Shown: positions 48,889 through 56,858 of the stretch, in pieces
Numbering within the stretch: the stretch's first letter is position 1
Layout of the letters: each line of letters begins with the position of its first letter
Source: an uncultured Fibrobacterota bacterium
GTDB lineage: Bacteria > Fibrobacterota > Chitinivibrionia > Chitinivibrionales > FEN-1185
NCBI GenBank assembly: GCA_963753345.1
Contig: CAVWBU010000049.1
Coordinates: 128,001-192,000 of the forward strand
DNA length: 64,000 bases
Direction: 5' to 3'
The notes under the pieces: generated by a model
What the model saw: the letters and a program-made list of their open reading frames with translations, nothing else
The model's database searches: none
What the model was told of the DNA's origin: nothing
Program-made: the position numbers and the translations under genes

Positions 48889-49890
48889 TTGAACCCTGAA
48901 ACAAATTCTGTTCACCTGACCGCCGGACCCGAAGCTTCCGGCAAGCGGCTTGACGTTTTTCTCGCCAGCAGTCTTTCATCCTTTTCCCGCGCAAAGGTCC
49001 AGCGCATCATCGAAAACGGGCGCGTGCTCCATAACGGCAGAATCGCGGTCAAAAAGACCCTGCTTGACACCGGCGACACGGTCGACATCGACCTGGCGGC
49101 TCTTCCCAACGACGGTCCTTCCATTCCTGTTCCGCAAGATATCCCGCTTGACATTCTGTACGAAGACGAGGTGTTGTGCGCCGTAAACAAGCCGGCGGGC
49201 ATGGTGGTGCATCCCGGCAGCGGCGTGAGGGAAGGGACGCTGGTCAACGCCCTGCTCCATCATGTCAAGAGCCTTTCGGCCGGGTGGGAGGCGGGCCGGC
49301 CCGGCATCGTGCACCGGCTCGACAAGGACACCTCGGGCGTTGTGCTCGCGGCAAAGACCGACGAAGCGCATGCCGCGCTTGGACGCATGTTTGCGCAGCG
49401 CGAAATACGCAAGGAGTACGTGGGCATCTGCGCTGGCAGGCGGCCCGCGGCCGAAGGAAGCATGCGCGAATCGCTGGGCAGGTCGCGCCGCAACCCCGTC
49501 AAGCGCTCGGTGCGCAGCGACGGCAAGGACGCGCTCACCGAGTATCGCCTTGCGGCGCACCATTGCGGCATTTCGGTGGTGCAATTTTTTCCCCGCACCG
49601 GCCGCACGCACCAGATCCGCGTGCACGCGAGCGCGGCCGGGTTCTCCATTGTTGCGGACCGGATGTACGGCGGGGGAGTGGACGCGGCTTCTCGTGTACC
49701 GCCGCTGTGCAGGCCCTTCGCGGCAAGCATTTGCAAATGCTTTGCCCGCCAGGCACTGCACGCGCGCCGCATCTCGTTTGTCCATCCGACAAAGGGCGTG
49801 GAGCTTTCCATTGCCGCGCCGTTTCCGGAGGACTTTACAAAGGCCTTAGGGTTGTTCAAAAAGGTGGGGGAGCCTGCAAACGGGCTGTAA
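48889..49890 (+). CDS. RluA/RluD-family pseudouridine synthase
   Basis: S4-like RLDVFL, NKPAGMVVHP, HRLDKDTSG, TGRTHQIRVH, RQALHA. Confidence 0.95.
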   Translation: MNPETNSVHLTAGPEASGKRLDVFLASSLSSFSRAKVQRIIENGRVLHNGRIAVKKTLLDTGDTVDIDLAALPNDGPSIPVPQDIPLDILYEDEVLCAVNKPAGMVVHPGSGVREGTLVNALLHHVKSLSAGWEAGRPGIVHRLDKDTSGVVLAAKTDEAHAALGRMFAQREIRKEYVGICAGRRPAAEGSMRESLGRSRRNPVKRSVRSDGKDALTEYRLAAHHCGISVVQFFPRTGRTHQIRVHASAAGFSIVADRMYGGGVDAASRVPPLCRPFAASICKCFARQALHARRISFVHPTKGVELSIAAPFPEDFTKALGLFKKVGEPANGL

Positions 49891-49898
49891 GGCGCGCG

Positions 49899-50363
49899 CT
49901 ACTTTTCTTCCTGGCGCTGCTGTTCGATCTGCGATGCCGCGCGCTGGGTCCTTGCGCGCAGCCGCGCGCACAGTTTTCCGCATTTGGCGGGACATTTCTT
50001 CGAGATGTTGAGGAGAATCTGCCTGACAGCTTCGTAGTCTGCAGTCGCGTCGATATGAATCAGGACGAAATCGAGGAACGTTGAATCGGATGCCGCGAGC
50101 GCCTGCAATTCTGGAAGCGTCTCCCATTTCTTGACAAGGGTCTTGATGATTCCGGTTGAAAACGCCTCGGAGAAGTAGATGTTTTCGTCGCAGCGTTCGT
50201 ATGCCCGGTACACGCGGTAAATCACGGGCCACGAATACTCGATCCTCAGGGAATCCTGCGCCCGCACCGATCCCTTGCTGGCGCAGCTGAGCTGGCCTGC
50301 ATTAATTGGTATTGACGCAAGCGTGGTAATAAGCGCGGCGGATAATAGAATAATTCGTATCAA
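49899..50363 (-). CDS. Hypothetical secreted Cys-containing protein
   Basis: Signal peptide; GGAGA RBS; helical domain ending CPAKCGKLC. Confidence 0.6.
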   Translation of the reverse strand: MIRIILLSAALITTLASIPINAGQLSCASKGSVRAQDSLRIEYSWPVIYRVYRAYERCDENIYFSEAFSTGIIKTLVKKWETLPELQALAASDSTFLDFVLIHIDATADYEAVRQILLNISKKCPAKCGKLCARLRARTQRAASQIEQQRQEEK

Positions 50364-50389
50364 ACCCTATCTCCATTCAAGACAATTTT

Positions 50390-50502
50390 GGTGGGGGAGG
50401 TTTCCCCCTGCTTGCGGCCCTACGGTCCTCCAGCACCCCCTCTTGGGTGGCCCCCAAGTAAGTTGGTTGCGAGAAACATGCTTCTGCTGGGGGGCACCCA
50501 CG
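50390..50502 (+). repeat. Repeat family F2, copy 3
   Basis: GGGGGAGGTTTCCCCCTGC..GGCC-CTACGG-TCC..CACCCCCTC-TGGGTGGCCCCC...GGGGGGCACCCACG. Confidence 0.85.
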
Positions 50503-50588
50503 AAAAATAGTTGAGAAGTTGAGGAGGTGAGAAGTTGAAAAGTCGAGAACGAAAAAAATGTTTTTCCTGGTTCACGGCAGATGCCGAT

Positions 50589-50645
50589 TGGCCCGAGAGG
50601 AAGAGCTTGACTGAACGGAAATCTGTTGTCGCGCGTTAGGGATTG
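50589..50645 (+). repeat. Repeat family F1, copy E (5' part only)
   Basis: TGGCCC-N12-TTGACT-N17-CGCGCGTTAGG, ending at the stop codon of the ceramidase-like gene. Confidence 0.7.
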
Positions 50646-51281
50646 TTAAGACCGCTCCGGCATGTTCGTAATCATTCCCCGCATCAGCAGGTACAGCATC
50701 ACGCCGGTAAACACGTGCCACAGAAAATGCGTGCCGCACGGCACACAGGGGCACAGGATGAGGTCTACGGTGCGGAAAGCGGCTGCTGCGGCAAAGGACA
50801 GCCAGGCGAAGAACAACGCAAACCTCTCCCGGAGGCACACTTGGTGATGGACGAATGCGAATGCAAGCAGGAGAACAAGGCTCGGCGCATAGGAGAGCGA
50901 CCCGTTGAGGATGCGGTGAAAGTGGCTCGAGAGCCCGAGCGCGGCGAGGAAGGCGACCAGCACGAAGATGGTCGCAGGCACGGTGAATCGTGCCACCGAC
51001 CGGCCGTACAGCCAGACAAAAGCGATCTCGAACAGGAAGATCGGTCCGGCATCGAATGCCAGCGCCCAGCCTGTGGCAAGCATGTGGAACAGCGCACTGC
51101 CCAGGCCGATGGCGACGATCAGCCAGACAAGCATCGTCACGCCGTGTGTTGACTTTGAGGAACGGTGAGCCAGACGCCACACCGCCCATGCGGCGGCGAG
51201 AATAACGAGATTGCTCGCGACGTTGAGGGGCTCGCCCAAAAGGCCTTGTGTTGTTCGTTCGCAGTATGCGGGAGGGATCAT
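50646..51281 (-). CDS. Ceramidase-domain (CREST superfamily) membrane hydrolase
   Basis: YCER..EPLN..SN, GSALFH (SxxxH) and THFLWH (HxxxH); about 7 TM helices. Confidence 0.85.
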   Translation of the reverse strand: MIPPAYCERTTQGLLGEPLNVASNLVILAAAWAVWRLAHRSSKSTHGVTMLVWLIVAIGLGSALFHMLATGWALAFDAGPIFLFEIAFVWLYGRSVARFTVPATIFVLVAFLAALGLSSHFHRILNGSLSYAPSLVLLLAFAFVHHQVCLRERFALFFAWLSFAAAAAFRTVDLILCPCVPCGTHFLWHVFTGVMLYLLMRGMITNMPERS

Positions 51282-51313
51282 GACGTTCCGGATGTTCCCG
51301 GCAGACGGCTTTC

Positions 51314-51535
51314 CTAGAAATCAAGCGGATTGTTGTTGAAGAACAGGCCGAACGAGAACGCCGTCGTGAACGCGAGCCAGAGATACAGCAGGAGGTTGTT
51401 GAGGATGGATTCGCTTATCGATTGCTCCGAGTTCCTGTTCTGTCTGAGTTCACGGACGTGCTTCCAGACGGAACGACACGTCCATGCAAGGAGAAGGACC
51501 CCGGCGATCTTGGCAAGGAGAATCGACAATGGCAT
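51314..51535 (-). CDS. Small two-TM membrane protein
   Basis: GAGGA RBS; two hydrophobic helices; co-oriented with its neighbours. Confidence 0.55.
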   Translation of the reverse strand: MPLSILLAKIAGVLLLAWTCRSVWKHVRELRQNRNSEQSISESILNNLLLYLWLAFTTAFSFGLFFNNNPLDF

Positions 51536-51574
51536 TGTGTGCGTCCTCGAAAAGCTGTTAGCGATCCGCGGCGG

Positions 51575-52024
51575 CTATTCTTCGGCCGGACTCACACCCG
51601 GCGTTTGCTGCTGCGGAGGCGGCATGGGCGCGTCGAACGGAACCTTCACCGCCGCGAGCCTTCTTGAAAATATTTCCGCGCCGTCCCAGTTGACCACGAA
51701 TTCGTAGAACCCCTCCTCGGGAAGGGGCAGGCCGTTGATGTTGCCGCCGATTTCTATCACCGAGCGTCTGCTGTCGGCGGGCTCCACGTCCCAGGGCGGA
51801 AGGGTCATGGAGAACGATCCGCCTTCCTTGCGGAACACGAGCTGGAGCTGGCCTTTTTTCGCGACGTCGGTGATCGCGATGTATATCGCGCAGTTCCCGT
51901 GTTTCGAGGGAAAAAGCGGGCTGTTGATCGAGCTGAACGTGCCCGCGAGAACGCTCTTGCCGGTGTGCACGTCCCTGTAGTAGTAGTCGCACACGATCAT
52001 TGCAAGGACAATGGGCTTCATCAA
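51575..52024 (-). CDS. DUF6941-like hypothetical protein
   Basis: LAMIVCD..D..TGK..LAGTF start and LPLPEEGFYEF end. Confidence 0.65.
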   Translation of the reverse strand: MMKPIVLAMIVCDYYYRDVHTGKSVLAGTFSSINSPLFPSKHGNCAIYIAITDVAKKGQLQLVFRKEGGSFSMTLPPWDVEPADSRRSVIEIGGNINGLPLPEEGFYEFVVNWDGAEIFSRRLAAVKVPFDAPMPPPQQQTPGVSPAEE

Positions 52025-52304
52025 GGGTCTTCTTTCGCAAACATTCCCGCGCCGGCGAAGGGAATAAAATAATTCCTTCCATCCAACGGCAAAACCGCGG
52101 CGCGATAAAAAACGAACAAAGAGATCCGACGCCGGAGGTATTTTTATTCACGTATCGACTGCTTACCGCAGGCCGCTGCAACGGAGAAATACTTGCGTAA
52201 CATCGGCGACAGTAACTATACTTTTTCGTTCCCGTCCGCCGATGGGGGTTTCGTTTCCGTGTTTTCGCCGGGCCGCGATAGGATCCAGAGGTAGAGAGAC
52301 AACA

Positions 52305-52988
52305 ATGGCATTGCGAAGAGAAGAAGTGTATCGGAAGATTCTGCATTTTATATTCGGCACCATCATTCCGCTCGGAATATTCTACATACCCCGGTTCGCG
52401 GAGAAGCTTTCGTGGAGTCTCTTGCCGCCGTGGACCCTTCCGCCCCTCATCCTTGCGTTTTTCCTGATCATCTTCATCGCCATGGAGGCGCTTCGTTTCC
52501 GCGTGCCTGCCGTGCAGAACGTCTTCCACAGGGTTTTCGGCAGCATGCTGCGTCATTCGGAAAAGGAGAAGGCCACGGGCGCGACCTACATTCTCGCTTC
52601 GTCAATGCTCTGCTCGATCATTTTCAAGAACTACCCGCATGTGTCCCTCATGGCGCTTTCTTCCTTCATCTGGGGCGACGCCGTGGCTGCGCTGGTCGGC
52701 CAGAGCATAGGGAGGACTCGAATCAAGAGCAAGTCGCTCGAAGGATCAATCGGCTGCCTGGTGGTATGCCTCGTGTTCTTTCTTGCGGTTTTTCCGCACC
52801 TGCCGTCCCTCCTTGGCGACTGGAAGGGAAGGATCCCGCTCTCCCTTTCCATCATAGCATCACTGTGCATAACCGTGATGGAACTGTTTCCGATAAGGAT
52901 CGGAAAGTTCGAAATCAACGATAATTTCTCCGTGCCGATTATTACGGGGATAGTGATGATTATTCTTATATCCATTGTTATAAATTGA
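52305..52988 (+). CDS. SEC59/DGK1/VTE5-family CTP-dependent lipid/polyprenol kinase
   Basis: EVYRKILH, GDAVAALVG, KSLEGS and DNFSVP motifs; multiple TM helices. Confidence 0.85.
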   Translation: MALRREEVYRKILHFIFGTIIPLGIFYIPRFAEKLSWSLLPPWTLPPLILAFFLIIFIAMEALRFRVPAVQNVFHRVFGSMLRHSEKEKATGATYILASSMLCSIIFKNYPHVSLMALSSFIWGDAVAALVGQSIGRTRIKSKSLEGSIGCLVVCLVFFLAVFPHLPSLLGDWKGRIPLSLSIIASLCITVMELFPIRIGKFEINDNFSVPIITGIVMIILISIVIN

Positions 52989-53013
52989 GATATTCAAGAA
53001 CGAATTCTTCATG

Positions 53014-53168
53014 CGGGTACGGAGGGTTCCCCCTCGCTCCAGCCCGGCGCGCGGTTCCAATCGGTTGCTCATGTCAATTGCGCGCCGGTCTTTCGCTACC
53101 CCCTCCAGGGTGGCCCCCAAGTGAGGTGATTTGCGAGAATAAGTTGCTGCGGTTGGGGGGCACCCGCG
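53014..53168 (+). repeat. Repeat family F2, copy 4
   Basis: TTCCCCCTCGCTCC..CCGGCGCGC/GCGCGCCGG..CGCTACCCCCTCCAGGGTGGCCCCCAAG...GGGGGCACCCGCG. Confidence 0.8.
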
Positions 53169-53227
53169 GAGAATTGTCGAAGAGATTTCCAATGGATCTG
53201 TCATCATCCCACCTTTGAGAAGAAGAA

Positions 53228-54077
53228 GTGTTGCTTTCAACCAAATCCATAAAAACCTTCCAAAAAGAAATTCTTGGCTATTATCAAAAACATGGCAGGA
53301 GAAATGACGTGGAGGGAAACGAACGATCCGTATCGCATCCTGGTTTCAGAAATCATGCTGCAGCAGACGCAGGTTGCAAGGGTCGAGGAGAAGTACCCGC
53401 AGTTTGTGAAGGCCTTTCCCGGTTTCAAGGCTCTCGACAGGGCAGCGCTTGCTAAAGTGTACGGCGTGTGGCAGGGAATGGGCTACAACCGGCGCGCCCT
53501 TGCATTAAAGAAAACAGCCCGCATTGTTGTCAACGATTACAAGGGCGCGCTGCCGCGCACGCACGAAGAACTGTGCGCCCTGCCAGGGATAGGCAAGGCA
53601 ACTGCGTCGTCGATCATGGCGTTTGCATTCAACCTGCCTGCGGTTTTTGTTGAAACGAACATCCGCACGGTTTTCATCCATTTTTTTTTCAAAGGCAACA
53701 ATAAAGTTGCGGATGAAGAGATTCTGCCGCTTGTTGAACAGTGCCTGTACAAGAAAAATCCGTGCATGTGGTACTGGGCGCTCATGGATTACGGGACCAT
53801 GCTGAAGAAGAGCGGCGAGGATAAGAATGCGAGAAGCAAACATTACAAAAAGCAGAGCAGGTTTGAGGGGTCGAGGAGGCAGAAAAGGGGAAAGGTGATT
53901 AGGATTTTGCTTGATTGTAATAGCTTGACATTAAAAGAGATATGTGATAGGATGAAGGTTGGAAATGAGGTTAAAAATGAAGAGTTGAGAGTTGAGAGTG
54001 AAGAAATAAGAACCATTGTTGCTGAGTTGACGAGGGAGGGGATGGTGAGAGAGAAAAAGGGTAGGTATTTTCTGTGA
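53228..54077 (+). CDS. MutY-like A/G-specific adenine glycosylase (HhH-GPD), with apparent +1 frameshift near 53300
   Basis: FQKEILGYYQKHGR in one frame continues as MTWRETNDPYRILVSEIMLQQTQV..WQGMGYNRRA..LPGIG in the next. Confidence 0.85.
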
Positions 54078-54177
54078 ACGAGTGGGTGAGATGGCTGTTG
54101 ACAGGAAGGATGGAGAAAATGGTTTTTTGGGAAGGAAGAGCTGGTTTCTTAAGGATTCAATAGGAGTGATACAAACC

Positions 54178-54321
54178 ATGAAAAGCAGAAAAAAGTCTTT
54201 CGCCAGGCGTGTCACTATTGATGGACTCTGGAACCGGATAGGGCGGACTTTAAAACGCAAGGGGTATTGCAAAGCGGATATTCCCGAGCTCATCAAACAA
54301 GCCCGCAAGGCAGAAAAATAG
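54178..54321 (+). CDS. Small basic hypothetical protein (47 aa)
   Basis: AGGAG RBS and ATG start; KGYCKADIPELIKQAR. Confidence 0.45.
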   Translation: MKSRKKSFARRVTIDGLWNRIGRTLKRKGYCKADIPELIKQARKAEK

Positions 54322-54342
54322 GGGCGGTGATCGAGACATTTA

Positions 54343-54374
54343 TTGACTTGTTGAACGGTGAGAATTAAGTTCCT
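54343..54374 (+). promoter_or_regulatory. Promoter-like element shared with 59749-59781
   Basis: TTGACT-17-TAAGTT, containing GGTGAGAATTAAGTTCCT. Confidence 0.6.
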
Positions 54375-54376
54375 GC

Positions 54377-56377
54377 ATGACTGCCAAGGACACTCTCGAT
54401 GACACCAACCTGCCGGTGCAGAAAAATTTCATGAACCAATCGAACCGTTCGAAACTAACCCTGATTGCCGCTGTCACGGCCGCTGCCGCGGTCGTCCTCG
54501 TCGCTGTCCTCGTTCTTCTTCCCCGGCTCCTGCCGCAACAGAAAATCCATTACACCGGCATTACGGTGGAGTACCCGTACGCGGGAAGTCTGTTTCCCGC
54601 GGATATTATCGCCCCGACTTTCAAATGGCGGGATATCATTCTGGAGGCGGATCTCTGGAAAATCACCGTGACGTTCGAAGACGGCAAGGCGCCTTTGGAA
54701 TACCGTACCGATGAAAGACAGTGGCGGCCCTCAAAAGAGGTATGGGAAACCATTAAAAAACGATCCATCGAGAAGAGTGTCACTGTTAGGATTCGCGGCT
54801 TTATCAGCGAAAAACCGAAAACGGTCGTGTCGGAAGGAGCCGTCGAATTCGGCACGTCGAAGGACCCTGTGGCCGCTCCCATTTTTTACCGCGAAGTCAA
54901 CCTGCCCTTCGAGGAGGCGGTCAAGGACCCCACGAATATCCAATGGCGCTTCGGCACGGTCGCATCCGACAATCCGCCGCGGATCGTGCTCCGGAAGCTG
55001 CCCGTGTGCGGCAACTGCCATTCGTTTTCCAAGGACGGCCGCACCATCGGCCTGGAGGTGGACTCCGGCAACGACAAGGGCGCCTATGCGGTTATGCCGA
55101 TCGTGCAGGACATCCTTCTTGACAGAACGAAAATCATCAGCTGGTCTTCGTACAAAAAGGAAGAAAAGGACCCCACCTTCGGCCTTCTCTGCCAGGTTTC
55201 GCCCGACGGCAGGTACGTGGTCGGAACGGTCAAGGACCAGGCGCTCGCGGTCTATCGTCCGGACCTCATGTTTTCCCAGCTGTTTTTCCTTATCAAGGGA
55301 ATCCTTGCGATTTACGACAGACAAGCCAGAACGTTCGCCGCGCTTCCCGGCGCGGACGACCGGCGCTTCGTGCAGACCAACGCCACCTGGAGCCCGGACG
55401 GGAATTACCTCGTTTATCCCCGCAGCAAGGCGTACGACATCGAGGCGATCCGGCGGCTGCACACCGCGCTCGTGGGCGGGCCGATGGCCGAAGCTTTCAT
55501 CGCAAACCAGGGCAAGTCGTACAAGTACGATCTGTACAAAATTCCATTCAACGGCGGCAAGGGCGGAACGGCCCAGCCCCTTGCGGGCGCGAGCAGCGAC
55601 AGCATGAGCAACTATTTCGCGAAGTACTCGCCCGACGGCAAATGGATTGTTTTTTGCAAAGCCAAGAACTATATGCTGCTCCAGCCGGACAGCAAACTGT
55701 ATATCATGCCCTCACAGGGAGGCGAGGCGCGGCAGCTTGCCTGCAACACGGCGATGATGAACTCCTGGCACAGCTTTTCGCCCAATGGACGATGGCTGGT
55801 GTTCTCATCGAAGGTGAACGGCCCCTTTACCCAACTTTTTCTGGCGCACCTCGACGAGAACGGGAACAGCGCGCCGCCCGTCGCGCTTGAGAACTTTACA
55901 AGCGCAAACAGGGCCGCGAACATTCCCGAGTTCGTGAATACCGATCCCGACGCGCTGATGAAAATCGAGGCGGATTATCTGGACGCCTATTCGTATTACC
56001 GGATCGCCAATACGTTTCATATGTGCGGCGATTTGGAACGGGCGATTCCCGCCTACCGCCTCGCGCTCAAGTATAATCCCAAGGACTACCACGCGCACAA
56101 CAACCTCGGCGCGCTGTTGTATCATTTTGGACAGTACGAGCAGGCGGTTAAGGAATTCACCGCCGCCAACGACCTCCATATCGACGACGAAGATCATTAC
56201 CAGGCCCATACCAACTACGGCAAGTACCTGATCGACCAGGGGGAATTCGGCAAGGCCGTGGAGGAATTGACAAAAGCATATAAACTGCACCCGGACAGCC
56301 TCACGAAGAAGAACCTCGAAACGGCGCGCAATCATAAAAAAACGATTGTCGAGCAGAAGGCGCTTCAGTATCAGTAG
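54377..56377 (+). CDS. Membrane-anchored TolB-like (PD40 repeat) protein with CxxCH motif and C-terminal TPRs
   Basis: TM anchor; CGNCHSFS; SPDG/SPNG repeats; AHNNLG and AHTNYG TPR helices; start could be a later ATG. Confidence 0.85.
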   Translation: MTAKDTLDDTNLPVQKNFMNQSNRSKLTLIAAVTAAAAVVLVAVLVLLPRLLPQQKIHYTGITVEYPYAGSLFPADIIAPTFKWRDIILEADLWKITVTFEDGKAPLEYRTDERQWRPSKEVWETIKKRSIEKSVTVRIRGFISEKPKTVVSEGAVEFGTSKDPVAAPIFYREVNLPFEEAVKDPTNIQWRFGTVASDNPPRIVLRKLPVCGNCHSFSKDGRTIGLEVDSGNDKGAYAVMPIVQDILLDRTKIISWSSYKKEEKDPTFGLLCQVSPDGRYVVGTVKDQALAVYRPDLMFSQLFFLIKGILAIYDRQARTFAALPGADDRRFVQTNATWSPDGNYLVYPRSKAYDIEAIRRLHTALVGGPMAEAFIANQGKSYKYDLYKIPFNGGKGGTAQPLAGASSDSMSNYFAKYSPDGKWIVFCKAKNYMLLQPDSKLYIMPSQGGEARQLACNTAMMNSWHSFSPNGRWLVFSSKVNGPFTQLFLAHLDENGNSAPPVALENFTSANRAANIPEFVNTDPDALMKIEADYLDAYSYYRIANTFHMCGDLERAIPAYRLALKYNPKDYHAHNNLGALLYHFGQYEQAVKEFTAANDLHIDDEDHYQAHTNYGKYLIDQGEFGKAVEELTKAYKLHPDSLTKKNLETARNHKKTIVEQKALQYQ

Positions 56378-56606
56378 GACATTGCGGCCATCGATGGTGA
56401 TCGGCTGATAAACGCTAGCTTGGTATGAGTTAAACGCAAACAACAAGATCAGGAGTGACAAAAGTATTATTTCCTATTGCCACTTGTGTAGTGATTGTAT
56501 TCACCTGACACCTAAAATGCTCTGGGCTTGAACTGATACAACATCTTCACTTCACAACTGCCGCTCCAAGGGTGCGCGCTTGTGTAAATCCATTTCCATA
56601 TTTTCT

Positions 56607-56637
56607 CCCTCTCCCCGCGGGAGAGGGCGGGGTGAGG
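56607..56637 (+). repeat. REP-like palindrome
   Basis: CCCTCTCCC-CGC-GGGAGAGGG-CGGGGTGAGG. Confidence 0.7.
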
Positions 56638-56858
56638 TTGTTTCGGTCTTGCCACAGGTCCAACCACGCCGCACCCCGCGAAGCTCTCAAAAGCATTTCA
56701 ATTTATTCATTTATCAAGTGTAGAATTCGATTGTCGGATGAATATTATATCAGGACAATTTATCAAATAAATTTGTATCTGTCCCGTCAAAAACCATATA
56801 TTCTATTGTTAGTGTTGTCAGGGTGAAGTAGAAACTTCTTTAAAAGGGGGAGGGTTCT

